A DNA stretch of 64,000 nucleotides from Nitrosopumilus sp. (GTDB taxonomy: Archaea; Thermoproteota; Nitrososphaeria; Nitrososphaerales; Nitrosopumilaceae). Position numbers and translations under genes: made by a program. The stretch is taken from positions 1,344,001-1,408,000 of the forward strand of contig OZ242220.1 in NCBI GenBank assembly GCA_965206745.1, given 5' to 3'. Each line of letters starts with the position of its first letter. Within the stretch, counting starts at the first letter, position 1. The notes below the pieces were generated by a model. That model ran no database searches. It saw nothing but the letters and a program-made list of their open reading frames with translations, and was not told where the DNA came from. This document shows positions 1-9,631 of the stretch, piece after piece.

Positions 1-1161
1 ATCTCCAGAGGCATAGACAATTTTTGGGAAATCTCCATGTCCGGCATATACTGCAAAGAGCAGATCATCCTGTCCATGTCTAGTGGGAAGACCCGTAGAT
101 GGCCCGCTCCTTTGATAATTGGTAATTACAATAGGAACCTCATTTATCCCTGCCCACCCTAGCATCTCAGTCATCAATGCAAATCCGGGGCCGGATGTAC
201 AAGTTGCCGAGCGAGTGCCAGTCAAAGCGCCACCGATAGTCATGCCCATTGCGCTAATTTCATCTTCTGTTTGAATCACGGCAGTGGAGCCTGGCCTGTC
301 ATCGGCAATTTCTAAAATTTCATTTGATTCAAGAAATACCGATTCGTCAGATGCAGGAGTTATCGGATAGTAAGGCTGGAACCTGCAACCGCATGCCATT
401 TTTCCAAGAGCTGTTCCATGAAAGCCCTGAACCAGCATGGTTGCTGACTCTTTTTCTGTTCCAGATAAGACATGATCAAAGTTCTCAAATTTCGCTGTTG
501 CATAGTTGTAGGAATAATTTGCAGTCTGTAGATTTATTTTTGCAATCTCGGGCTTTTTTGAAAATATTGATTCGATGGTTTTCTGCAAAGAGTCAGTGGG
601 CATTTTAACCAGTCCCAAAGACAAAGACACGCTAATCACATTGTACATCCTGACTAACCCCTTCAGACGTGGATTGTCAGTTTCCTCAGAAAGGGTTTCA
701 AGGATGGACTTGAAGGATGCCGGAAAAAGGTTTACGCCGTTGTCTTTTGCAATTTCCAAAACACCTGCCACGGTAAACGGTTTGTTTTTTAATTCAAGCT
801 CTTTATGCAATCTCTCTTTAAATGGGGCATCAAGCGTGCGTACAGAATCCGTCTTGATTCCTGCCAGATCAGAATCATAGATTATCCCTCCATTAGATAC
901 CACTTCATCATAATGACGAAATATTGTTTCAGCGTCAAATGATGCCATGAGGTTCACATCATTAACGTTAGAGTGAATTTTCTTATCAGCAACTCTAACG
1001 GTAAAGTAACTATGCTCCCCTTTGATATTAGAGTAAAACTCCCGTTTGCCAAATATCTGGTATCCCATTTCAGCGCAGACCTTTGAGAAGATGTTTGCCC
1101 CAGACTCAACACCGCTGCCTTGCGGGCCTCCAATCAGCCAGGTAAAATCAGTGGAATTCAT
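1..1161 (-). CDS. 2-oxoacid:ferredoxin oxidoreductase alpha subunit (3' end outside window)
   Basis: Not in the ORF track. Manual minus-strand translation from ATG at 1161 gives MNSTDFTWLIGGPQGSGVE..., later YYPITPASDES, QTEDEISA and TCTSGPGFALMTE, all typical OFOR alpha motifs. Confidence 0.92.
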   Translation of the reverse strand, partial: MNSTDFTWLIGGPQGSGVESGANIFSKVCAEMGYQIFGKREFYSNIKGEHSYFTVRVADKKIHSNVNDVNLMASFDAETIFRHYDEVVSNGGIIYDSDLAGIKTDSVRTLDAPFKERLHKELELKNKPFTVAGVLEIAKDNGVNLFPASFKSILETLSEETDNPRLKGLVRMYNVISVSLSLGLVKMPTDSLQKTIESIFSKKPEIAKINLQTANYSYNYATAKFENFDHVLSGTEKESATMLVQGFHGTALGKMACGCRFQPYYPITPASDESVFLESNEILEIADDRPGSTAVIQTEDEISAMGMTIGGALTGTRSATCTSGPGFALMTEMLGWAGINEVPIVITNYQRSGPSTGLPTRHGQDDLLFAVYAGHGDFPKIVYASGD

Positions 1162-1200
1162 GACAGATTACCTCTATTTTGAACTATAGCCATCACATGA

Positions 1201-1338
1201 TCAACCCCCGGTTGCCGCATCAAACAAGGCACATTCACATTTATCACGTTCGCCACAATACGGACATACACAAACGCATTTTTCGATCGAATTTCCACAT
1301 TCCACACAGATAGCAAATTCTTCGACTTCAGAAGACAT
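1201..1338 (-). CDS. small Cys-rich protein (45 aa, 8 Cys, C-terminal GG)
   Basis: MSSEVEEFAICVECGNSIEKCVCVCPYCGERDKCECALFDAATGG. The internal ATG at 1338 is preferred over the track start because it avoids overlap with the divergent gene. Confidence 0.75.
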   Translation of the reverse strand: MSSEVEEFAICVECGNSIEKCVCVCPYCGERDKCECALFDAATGG

Positions 1339-1389
1339 AGATAGACTACAAAGAAATCGTATAAATGGTTTGAGTTTGGCATCAAGACT

Positions 1390-2358
1390 ATGAAGAAGAA
1401 AATTTTCCTTACACGTACTTTGCACGATTTTGCACTAAAAGAGTTAAGGAAAAAGTACCAAATTGAAGTTCATTCAGGAAAGATTCCAATCCCGAAAACA
1501 AAGTTGCGATCAAAGATTAGAGAGGCAGACGGGTTAATCTGTTATCCATACGATGTTATCGACAAAGAGATGATTGATCAAGGCAAAAATCTCAAAGTCA
1601 TTAGTACGTATAGTGTAGGTTTTGATCATATTGATATCAAATATGCCAAAAAGAAAAAGATCCGTGTGGGCTACACCCCAGAGATATTAACAGATGCAAC
1701 CGCAGATATGGCCTTTGCGTTGTTGCTAAACGTATCTAGAAGAATTGTCGAGGGAGACAGAATTATTAGAAAAGGGGAATGGAGAAAGATCTATGGCGCG
1801 TTTGATTATGTCGGAGCAGATCTGCAGGGAAGAACAATTGGCATTCTAGGTCTAGGCAGAATAGGCAGCACGCTGGCCAAAAGAGCAAAGGCATTTGACA
1901 TGAATATAATTTATCACAACAGAAAACGAGTTACAAAATCCAAAGAACAATCCCTAAATGCAAAATATGTGACATTTGAAAAGCTAATCACCAAAAGTGA
2001 TTTTCTTTCCATACATGTGCCCCATACAGAAGAAACAGACAAGCTGTTGAACATGAAGATTTTTAGAAAGATGAAGAGATCATCATTTTTAATCAACACG
2101 TCAAGGGGAAAAGTGGTAAATGAGGAGGATCTTGCAATAGCATTAAAGAAAAAAATTATCGCAGGCGCAGCTCTGGATGTATTTGATGAGGAGCCGATCA
2201 AAAAAAATCACCCATTGGTAAAATTGCCAAATACCGTCCTTGCCCCTCATATTGGTAGCTCAACTGAGGAGACGAGAATCAAAATGTCAGAAATGGCCGT
2301 GAAAAATTTGAATTTGGGGATCAACGGAAAAAGGCCAATCTATTCAGTAGGATATTGA
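1390..2358 (+). CDS. D-2-hydroxyacid dehydrogenase (glyoxylate reductase/D-glycerate dehydrogenase family)
   Basis: GILGLGRIG Rossmann motif, INTSRG, ALDVFDEEP, PHIGS. Confidence 0.92.
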   Translation: MKKKIFLTRTLHDFALKELRKKYQIEVHSGKIPIPKTKLRSKIREADGLICYPYDVIDKEMIDQGKNLKVISTYSVGFDHIDIKYAKKKKIRVGYTPEILTDATADMAFALLLNVSRRIVEGDRIIRKGEWRKIYGAFDYVGADLQGRTIGILGLGRIGSTLAKRAKAFDMNIIYHNRKRVTKSKEQSLNAKYVTFEKLITKSDFLSIHVPHTEETDKLLNMKIFRKMKRSSFLINTSRGKVVNEEDLAIALKKKIIAGAALDVFDEEPIKKNHPLVKLPNTVLAPHIGSSTEETRIKMSEMAVKNLNLGINGKRPIYSVGY

Positions 2359-2554
2359 TTTTCACGCATGGCTTGGAATCTCATCAAATGTTGAGTTTTT
2401 ATATCTAGATCATAATCCAAAATCAGATTGAAAAAATTCAAACACACAAACGAAGAATTAGAATTAGCTAAACTACAATCTGAAAAAGAGAAGAAGGAAA
2501 AAGAATCTAAAGAATAGTATCTTTTCTCCTTGTCTTTTTCAGGCAAGGTTTTTT

Positions 2555-2929
2555 TTAAAATCTAACTTCAGAGGTGAATTTTTGGTTCAGTTGTTCAAAG
2601 AGGTCTTTTCTTTCAGCAATCAACTCTTTGGAATCGTCATACATTTTTGTAAAGAATGCCGCAAGAACGCGTTGATCACTTTGATCAAATAGTCTAACAC
2701 TAAAACTGATTCTGTCAGGTCTTTGCTCTTGAATGAATTTGGCACATTTTATCAACTCTGAATTGATGTGCATGTGAGCTGGGCCGTCATTATCGCCGAT
2801 GGTAATCCACTTGTCCTTTTGCCTGATGCCAAGGGAATTGCTCCTGATCTCACCAGTGATGCCATTATTTTTTATGATGAACAAAACATCCTCAATTTTT
2901 ACCAAGTCAGATAACAGTTCTAAAAGCAT
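2555..2929 (-). CDS. ChuX/HutX-like heme utilisation carrier protein
   Basis: About 124 aa with HMHIN...FIQ...SFSVRLFD...FF pattern resembling HutX/HemS-ChuX domains. Confidence 0.6.
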   Translation of the reverse strand: MLLELLSDLVKIEDVLFIIKNNGITGEIRSNSLGIRQKDKWITIGDNDGPAHMHINSELIKCAKFIQEQRPDRISFSVRLFDQSDQRVLAAFFTKMYDDSKELIAERKDLFEQLNQKFTSEVRF

Positions 2930-2954
2930 GATAGTTCTTGAAAGCAAAGTTATT

Positions 2955-3236
2955 TCAGTTTTTGGAGCGATTCATGTCAATCTGAACAAAATCATCAACG
3001 TCACCGTGAACGCAGTCAGTTCCAACTGCTTTTACTGGTGAAAAGATAACCTTTCCTTCATGCATTCTGCCCTCATTTTGTAAGATGCCTACTTTGCCTG
3101 AAACTATTTGCTTGTGCTTTTGGCATGTGACTCCGACCATATACTCATCATTTCCAGAAACAACAGAGACGATAAATTCTGGGGGATTCACACACTGCTT
3201 TCCCTCCTCCATTACTGAGCATTTGTCAGGCAACAT
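2955..3236 (-). CDS. conserved hypothetical protein, possible metal-binding (Cys/His)
   Basis: MLPDKCSV...QCVNPP...TCQKH...DCVH; likely start at internal ATG 3236. Confidence 0.7.
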   Translation of the reverse strand: MLPDKCSVMEEGKQCVNPPEFIVSVVSGNDEYMVGVTCQKHKQIVSGKVGILQNEGRMHEGKVIFSPVKAVGTDCVHGDVDDFVQIDMNRSKN

Positions 3237-3323
3237 GGTTTGACTTGAAATTTTATCGGATATTAATCTTGACTGCATGGATTCAATTTATTATCAACTA
3301 AATTAAATAAAGATTGAAAGTTA

Positions 3324-4631
3324 TTGGTACAGAATTTTGACGTGGTGGTTATCGGCGGAGGCATCCTTGGAACCACAATCTCATATTTTTTATCATTTCT
3401 CAATAAATCAAAAAAAATAGCAGTCATAGAGCAAGCTCATAATGTCGCATTCCATACAAGTGGAAGAAACACGGGAAAAGTTCATGCCCCGTATCTGTAT
3501 GATCCCGGAAAGAAAAAATTGTTTGCAAAGTCAGCTTTTCAGGGTTACCAGATGTGGGAGACGTATGCAGAACTGAAAAAACTGCCATTTAAAAAAGACG
3601 GGGTTATAGAAGTCGCTTTGGATGAAAAAGAGATCAGCGTTCTTGAAAAATATCTCAAATGGGGAAAACAGAACGGATTGGAAGATGCAGACATTAAATT
3701 GTTGGACAAAGGTGAACTAAAAAAGATCGAGCCAGAAATAAAATGCGAGTCAGCATTATGCGTCTACAAAGACGCATCCACGGATTATTCGTTACTCACA
3801 AATTCAATAATGAATGACAGCAAGGAAAACGGCACAGTGTTTTTGCTGGATTCAAGAGCTACGAAGATGATAAAAGGGAAAGAAGGGTGGGCAATCACAT
3901 TAAATGGCAAAGATGAGATTCATGCGAAATTTTTAATCAATGCGGCAGGAGGAGAAGCAGTAGACATTGCACACGGTGTTGGGATGGCAAAAGGGTTTAC
4001 GGACGTGCATTTTAGGGGGGAATATTGGAAGGTTCCTAAACAGTACAGCGGCCTTACAAAATCTAGCGTATATTCTGTTCCTGAATTTCCAGAATATCCG
4101 TTCCTAGATCCGCACTGGATTCTCAGGTCAGACGGGAGTTGTGAAATAGGACCCAACGCCGTACCAGTTTTTAGCCCGTACGGATACGGCACATTAGAAA
4201 ATATCAAAGAATTCATTCCAAAAGTACTAGAGATGTTAAGTTCGGGAGCAAGAAAAACAATGTTTGATAGACAGTTTCAAGATCTTGCAATCAATGAAGT
4301 GAAATCATCAATGTCAAAAACAGCAATGGTGAACAGGGTGAAAAAATTCCTGCCAAAGATAGATGCAAGCAAAATAACTCAAAAGGGCACAGCAGGGATA
4401 AGATCATCAGTCATTGATGAGGGTGGAAGATTCGTACCGGATGTGATTCAGGTAGAAGATGAGGCATCATTTCACATTTTAAATTACAATTCTCCAGGAG
4501 CTACAGGCGTTTTGCCATTTTCAGCACACATTGTAAACCATCTAAATGAGAAAGGGCTATTTATTAGCAAAGAACTCCAAGCAGATTGCGGCCCATGGAA
4601 ATTCAGCGAGATTATAGAAAAAATACAATAA
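3324..4631 (+). CDS. FAD-dependent oxidoreductase, L-2-hydroxyglutarate oxidase (LhgO/DAO)-like
   Basis: VIGGGILG, HTSGRNTGKVH, FRGEYW, PFLDPH, IGPNA, AGIR, NSPGAT motifs. Confidence 0.85.
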   Translation: MVQNFDVVVIGGGILGTTISYFLSFLNKSKKIAVIEQAHNVAFHTSGRNTGKVHAPYLYDPGKKKLFAKSAFQGYQMWETYAELKKLPFKKDGVIEVALDEKEISVLEKYLKWGKQNGLEDADIKLLDKGELKKIEPEIKCESALCVYKDASTDYSLLTNSIMNDSKENGTVFLLDSRATKMIKGKEGWAITLNGKDEIHAKFLINAAGGEAVDIAHGVGMAKGFTDVHFRGEYWKVPKQYSGLTKSSVYSVPEFPEYPFLDPHWILRSDGSCEIGPNAVPVFSPYGYGTLENIKEFIPKVLEMLSSGARKTMFDRQFQDLAINEVKSSMSKTAMVNRVKKFLPKIDASKITQKGTAGIRSSVIDEGGRFVPDVIQVEDEASFHILNYNSPGATGVLPFSAHIVNHLNEKGLFISKELQADCGPWKFSEIIEKIQ

Positions 4632-4660
4632 TCAACCAAGATCTAAAAAGCGACTAAATG

Positions 4661-5719
4661 CTATTTTATTTTATATCTGAGAATTGCCAAAACAGAATTA
4701 TGAATGTCTAATTTTTTAATAATATTTGGGGCGACTGCAAATTCTATTCTGGAAGAGGTATTTTTTGCGATTTCAAGCATCTTTATTATTTTTTTGAATT
4801 GTGGATTTGTGTGGTAATTTGCAGACACAATCAATGTATCTACAGCCCCCATCTCCAATGCCTTGTATATGACATCGTTTCTTTTAGCAGTTAATCCATC
4901 CTTGAATAATTTTTCATACTTTTCAAGTAATTCCACCATATGCTTTCTCCTATGCTGGTACAGATGACGGATTATCCTCTCATGAATTTGACTAATCGAG
5001 GTTGAGAAGGACAAGTTTTCTACAAATCTGCATTTATTCATCAATTCCGAATCAAGCACGTCAAAAAATTCTGTTTTTGCATGGCCAGTCCCGCCCAATA
5101 AGAGCAACTCAGAGTTTGAATCCATGGTTTTTACTTTCTTTGCCACTTTCTTAAAGAAGACATGGATTTTTGTTTGCCTTGCCCGCAAGAACCGTCCCTG
5201 ACTCTGCCCCCCTTTTCTATGTCTTCCCTGCAAGTCAATTCGAAGTTTGGCTTCTTGTAATATTTGATTGCCATGGAATTTCTGTATTCTTGCAGTTTTT
5301 TGATCAAGCGTAACTAATAGCACATCATAACTGGTTTTGAGTATGTCGCCAAACGGTTTGATGTATGGTTTTTTACTTACCATGTAGATGTAGGGGAGCT
5401 TTTTTGATGTTCCAATCTCTTTAACGATTATCTTGCCATTAGATATCCACCCAAAGATACAAAGAGTTTTGGTGAATCGCCCAACAGATGACGGATTGCT
5501 TTTCAGATGTGTGATTCTTTTTTGAATTTTTAATTTAATCTTCTCAATTGCCTCGTTTCGCTTATTTTCAGTCAGTAATGAAATGGTTTGATCCCCCTTG
5601 CCGTAAGGATAGTAGACAGATACACATTGGAGGTTAATCTGCTTTAAATCATGGAGAAACTGATTTAGGGATAGCCATTCGGAGGAAGAGATTTCAGAGG
5701 GTTCCAGAGTATTCAACAA
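4661..5719 (-). CDS. aRF1/eRF1-like peptidyl-tRNA hydrolase paralog with GGQ but degenerate N domain
   Basis: HRKGGQSQGRF, ALEMGAVDTLIVS and AILRY present; NIKS absent. Confidence 0.8.
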   Translation of the reverse strand: MLNTLEPSEISSSEWLSLNQFLHDLKQINLQCVSVYYPYGKGDQTISLLTENKRNEAIEKIKLKIQKRITHLKSNPSSVGRFTKTLCIFGWISNGKIIVKEIGTSKKLPYIYMVSKKPYIKPFGDILKTSYDVLLVTLDQKTARIQKFHGNQILQEAKLRIDLQGRHRKGGQSQGRFLRARQTKIHVFFKKVAKKVKTMDSNSELLLLGGTGHAKTEFFDVLDSELMNKCRFVENLSFSTSISQIHERIIRHLYQHRRKHMVELLEKYEKLFKDGLTAKRNDVIYKALEMGAVDTLIVSANYHTNPQFKKIIKMLEIAKNTSSRIEFAVAPNIIKKLDIHNSVLAILRYKIK

Positions 5720-6178
5720 TTGGGATCCAAAGTATTCATATAAAATTCAGCTCCAAGATTGATGTGCCTAGAGGACAGTTTGCCAGATTACAGAGACATT
5801 CCAACTAAGGATCAGGCACGGCTTTAGGTGACTTCAGATTGGAGGCAGGGAATTATTTTACATGAAAGGATTATTTTTTTCAAAAATGATGAGTTTGTAC
5901 AAAGGTGATGTTTTATCAATCTGCAGAAAACCATGCTCTGGTAAGTTGGCGTGTGGTTTCACCCCACTGGTAAGTGTGTTTTCAGCATATGACTATGAAT
6001 GTGTGAGATGAAATACGGATCTTGTTCTGATTCAAAAAATATCTCATTCAGTTCTGCAATAGCAGAGACATCTCAAAAATTATAAAGTGAGAAACCATAC
6101 CGATGCCATACCCGGATTATGCAATAGAAATACGCTGTTGATAACCTTTTTTTATTTCTGATACAAATAAATCATAAA

Positions 6179-6622
6179 ATGCTGCCTATAACATATTGGA
6201 TATCAATTGCAATCATCATTTTGACGTCTCCCTATGTTTGGGCTTCATTTGCACCCTATACTGCATTCTGGTTCCGAGTTACACCAATTAATCTTTCTGT
6301 CGCATGTATTATTTTATTATTACTGCCAAATTATAAAATGATACCTAAAATATATCGGATATCAATTGCAATCATCATTTTTATGTTACCCTATGTCTGC
6401 CTTTGGGTTTGGACTCCACATGCACCCGCCATTGTACACTGGTTCCTAAATATACCAATTCATATTTTTGGTGCATGTGTTATTTTATTATCACTAACAA
6501 AATTTTCTAGAACTAGAACAATTATAGTTGCAACAATTATTGCTTCCATTATTCCTGTTTCTCTTTCTGTTATGTTTGGGTGGTTATACTCTATCTTCAA
6601 AATTTTACCAAATGTTTGGTAG
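6179..6622 (+). CDS. hypothetical membrane protein with internal tandem duplication
   Basis: Hydrophobic, AT-rich 147-aa ORF with two ISIAIII..PYV..WF...PI....AC.ILL units. Confidence 0.6.
   Translation: MLPITYWISIAIIILTSPYVWASFAPYTAFWFRVTPINLSVACIILLLLPNYKMIPKIYRISIAIIIFMLPYVCLWVWTPHAPAIVHWFLNIPIHIFGACVILLSLTKFSRTRTIIVATIIASIIPVSLSVMFGWLYSIFKILPNVW
6198..6381 (+). repeat. 25-bp direct repeat GGATATCAATTGCAATCATCATTTT (6198-6222 and 6357-6381)
   Basis: Exact match read in the sequence; core of a roughly 160-170 bp intragenic duplication. Confidence 0.85.
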
Positions 6623-6819
6623 AGGTTTGAATCAAATCCTCAAAAAAATAAATGTATATTTTTGACATGGAATGATCCGAGGATCGAATCAAGTATAATC
6701 CTGAAATCACGTTACAGAATATCGTCTGGATGTTTGATTTTGGTGGTTTTTGGGCAGTCAGATCTCCAAAACTTTGTCCCGTCACACTGCATCCCAGAGG
6801 ATACAAGCTAAAAATACAG

Positions 6820-6917
6820 CGCCGGGAGGGAGATTTGAACTCCCGTTCCCTTGCGAGAACGCGCTTTATGGTTAATCATTTCCAGGCGCGCGCCCTACCA
6901 GGCTAGGCGACCCCGGC
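6820..6917 (-). tRNA. tRNA-Ser(GGA) with 14-nt intron at 37/38 (intron about 6866-6879)
   Basis: Reverse complement GCCGGGGTCGCCTAGCCTGGTAGGGCGCGCGCCT-GGA-A[ATGATTAACCATAA]AGCGCG-long variable arm-GGGAGTTCAAATCTCCCTCCCGGCG; G73; CCA not encoded. Confidence 0.95.
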
Positions 6918-6976
6918 ACAAGTCTTGCGACATTGATGTTCTGTAAAATGTGATTATAAATTATGTTACTGCAAAT

Positions 6977-7423
6977 CTACTTCCAAATAGTAACGGTGGT
7001 TGATTTTTCCACATTATTTCCTTCATTATCAATCCCCTTGGCAGATATTTTGTAAAGACCTTCCAGAGCTGCATCACCATCATTCTTTATTTGGTTCCAT
7101 GAAAGATCAACTTCATCACCAGGATCAAGAGTTGAAGGTGTTCCTACTGCATCAGGGGAGAACATCAAAATCCCAGACAATCCGGTAATTTGAAGACCGT
7201 AGGAATCATCAAAAAAAGTCAGAGGAACAGTTCCAGAATTCACAATCTGAATAACTACTTCCTCACCCCTTTTAAAATCAAATTTTTCAGTAACCACAGA
7301 AATCGAAGAGCCCTCAACGAAAATCAATTGGCTGGTATTTTTAACATCAATTAGATACATGCCAAAAGCAAGCCCAGCGACCACGCCAATTCCAATAAAG
7401 AGTACAAGACTTTTTGCCAACAA
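6977..7423 (-). CDS. membrane-anchored hypothetical protein (Ig-like fold suspected)
   Basis: N-terminal TM helix followed by beta-rich domain (NSGTVPL, LSWNQ, GLYKI). Confidence 0.75.
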   Translation of the reverse strand: MLAKSLVLFIGIGVVAGLAFGMYLIDVKNTSQLIFVEGSSISVVTEKFDFKRGEEVVIQIVNSGTVPLTFFDDSYGLQITGLSGILMFSPDAVGTPSTLDPGDEVDLSWNQIKNDGDAALEGLYKISAKGIDNEGNNVEKSTTVTIWK

Positions 7424-7449
7424 TTTCTTTCAAAATGATTCTTGTTTTT

Positions 7450-8451
7450 TTAATCCTTTGGAGGAGTCGGTTTTGTTCTCCATTTTTTGGGATATGTATT
7501 AGGCGCCATAATGATTCTTTTTGTCTCAAACGCATATCCTTTTGTGGCATCGCGAATCTCCCCCTCAGACATTGTCGATTCGGCCAACGCCACGGCCTCT
7601 CCTTTCTGCGTATAAACCCCAACAATATCCCCTCTTCTCAGATTCTGTGAAATTTTCAATATTCCAGGTATTGCCAGTTGTGCGCCATGACACAATGCAT
7701 CTACTGCCGAATCTCGAATTATAACTGATTTTAGTTCACTGAGGGCATATTCCACAGGTTTGATCATTTTCAAGAGTTTGCTGTCATCTTTTTTCTCCTC
7801 CCAGACTGCAAAAGCATCGGCAAGCTCGTGCAATGTTACCAACCCATCGCGCTCATAGAATTGGTCAACCCTGGTTCGCCTAAGCTCCACCATGGTTGCA
7901 CCGGGCCCTAAAATTTCCCCAATATCATAGTAGAGCTTTCGGATATAGGTTCCAGATTCGCATAAAATTCTGGTTAATAGCAATCTCTCTTTCTGCTCTA
8001 TGATCTCAAATTCATAGAGGGTTCTGGTCCTAGTTTGTCTAAGGACTGCTGAGCGTTGTGGGGGTTTTTGGAAGATCTCACCTCTAAACATTTCAATTAT
8101 TTCATCCAGTTTTTCCTTTGACGGTAGTGAATGGACCCTTCCCAAAGCATGATATTCTTTTGGGCCATAAAGTAGGACACCTAATGCTTTGGTTGCCTCA
8201 CCCAATCCCAGAGGCAAAACTCCGGAGACCTGAGGATCCAACGTGCCGCTATGACCAATCTTTGGAAGTTTCAAGAGGCGCTTTGTCCAAGCGACAGTCT
8301 CATGGCTTGTAGGGCCAGGCGGCTTGTCTAAAAGGATAATCCCGTAATTGAGCAGTTGCTCAATTGTTCTTTTGTCATAATACGTCCCATATGCATCATC
8401 AGTGATATCTTGATCAATTTCGACCAAATTTTCAAGTTGCTTAAGCATCAT
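7450..8451 (-). CDS. cbf5: H/ACA RNA-guided pseudouridine synthase Cbf5
   Basis: DKPPGPTSH, GHSGTLDP, GTYIR, C-terminal PUA domain. Confidence 0.97.
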   Translation of the reverse strand: MMLKQLENLVEIDQDITDDAYGTYYDKRTIEQLLNYGIILLDKPPGPTSHETVAWTKRLLKLPKIGHSGTLDPQVSGVLPLGLGEATKALGVLLYGPKEYHALGRVHSLPSKEKLDEIIEMFRGEIFQKPPQRSAVLRQTRTRTLYEFEIIEQKERLLLTRILCESGTYIRKLYYDIGEILGPGATMVELRRTRVDQFYERDGLVTLHELADAFAVWEEKKDDSKLLKMIKPVEYALSELKSVIIRDSAVDALCHGAQLAIPGILKISQNLRRGDIVGVYTQKGEAVALAESTMSEGEIRDATKGYAFETKRIIMAPNTYPKKWRTKPTPPKD

Positions 8452-9008
8452 AGCAATCTTCTCACAGTTTCTTTGGCAACATCAATTACTTGTTGTGCTG
8501 TCAAATTATCTGTATTTATGATTAAATCAAATACCGATTTATCTTCACCAAAATCAAAATTATATAGCTTCTTGTACAATGCCCTATTCTTGTCAAATCT
8601 TTTTTTTGTAATTTTATAGGCATCCTCAGAACTCATACTGTCTCTGGACTGCATCCTCTCGGTGCTGCTTTCATGAGAGCCCTCAAGCCAAATTTTTATC
8701 CCGTCTTTAATCAGCCAAGGCAAGGTATAGCTGGTAATGACTATTTTGCCTTGGTTGAAGAGGGAAATTAGTTTTTCATCCAGCTTTTTATCAAATTCGG
8801 GGTTTTGCTCACGCTGACTAAGAAATTTCATTCCCTCCTCAGTGTCCCACCAATCATCACCTGTAGAATCAAATCCATGTTCATTTGCCATCTCCTTTAG
8901 GACATCCCCACCACTAAGATAGCGCAGTTGAAACTCTTCTGCCAACCCTTTAGCGACAGTCGTCTTTCCTACTGCAGGAGGCCCTGAAACAACTATTGAT
9001 TTTGTCAA
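8448..9008 (-). CDS. cmk: cytidylate kinase (archaeal type)
   Basis: SGPPAVGKTT P-loop; conserved position between DUF106 gene and cbf5. Confidence 0.9.
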   Translation of the reverse strand: MTKSIVVSGPPAVGKTTVAKGLAEEFQLRYLSGGDVLKEMANEHGFDSTGDDWWDTEEGMKFLSQREQNPEFDKKLDEKLISLFNQGKIVITSYTLPWLIKDGIKIWLEGSHESSTERMQSRDSMSSEDAYKITKKRFDKNRALYKKLYNFDFGEDKSVFDLIINTDNLTAQQVIDVAKETVRRLL

Positions 9009-9628
9009 CTGAGATCCATCGATGTTTTCGTCAGTTTCATAATTATTCCACTAAATGCAATAGATGAAAGGAAATACCAAGCCCAGAGATACAATGCATT
9101 TTCTTCAGTACAAACATGATCAACATCTGCTGCTTGTTCTGCCGTGCATGTTAATTGGAATAGATCTCCTGGAATTACATTCAATGGTATTGGAGATAGA
9201 GCTACAGTGTAAGAGAATAGTTGTGGCAATACAAGATAAAAGATCAAAATCAAAGGGACAAATGTAATCATCATCGGCCTCATGTTCATCTGCATCATCT
9301 CCATAGACATTTTGTTCATGTACGATGATTTTTTGCCCAGTTCGGCAACCTTGGCCTGATCCTTAGATCTCATTGCGGCCATCCTTTCTTTTTGCCAAGC
9401 ACGAGTCTCCTTCATAATTCGCTTTAGTTTTACTTGATCAACCATTTTTTTCCTCACTGCAGAATTGAAGATATTTAGCAAAATACCAAATCCAGACACT
9501 GCAAACATTGAGAGTACCAGTCCCTTGACAATAGGATCATCGGCGCCCAGAGCCTGCCTTTCACCCCCAAAAATATCAAACTGTAGAGGGATAGAGTCAA
9601 GGAAAAGAAGAATAAAATTGAAATCCAT
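9005..9628 (-). CDS. DUF106 / EMC3-TMCO1 (Oxa1 superfamily) membrane protein
   Basis: TM-coiled coil-MRPMMITFVP...WAWYFLSS; downstream of adk. Confidence 0.88.
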   Translation of the reverse strand: MDFNFILLFLDSIPLQFDIFGGERQALGADDPIVKGLVLSMFAVSGFGILLNIFNSAVRKKMVDQVKLKRIMKETRAWQKERMAAMRSKDQAKVAELGKKSSYMNKMSMEMMQMNMRPMMITFVPLILIFYLVLPQLFSYTVALSPIPLNVIPGDLFQLTCTAEQAADVDHVCTEENALYLWAWYFLSSIAFSGIIMKLTKTSMDLS

Positions 9629-9631
9629 TTT

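Noticed and set aside
324-880. Two plus-strand ORFs (94 and 101 aa)
   Set aside because: Antisense shadows of the OFOR alpha gene, which the track missed because it runs off the window.
2368-2520. Lys/Glu-rich frame ...LKKFKHTNEELELAKLQSEKEKKEKESKE*
   Set aside because: Upstream part is interrupted by stops and the family is not recognisable; possible remnant but not supportable as a feature.
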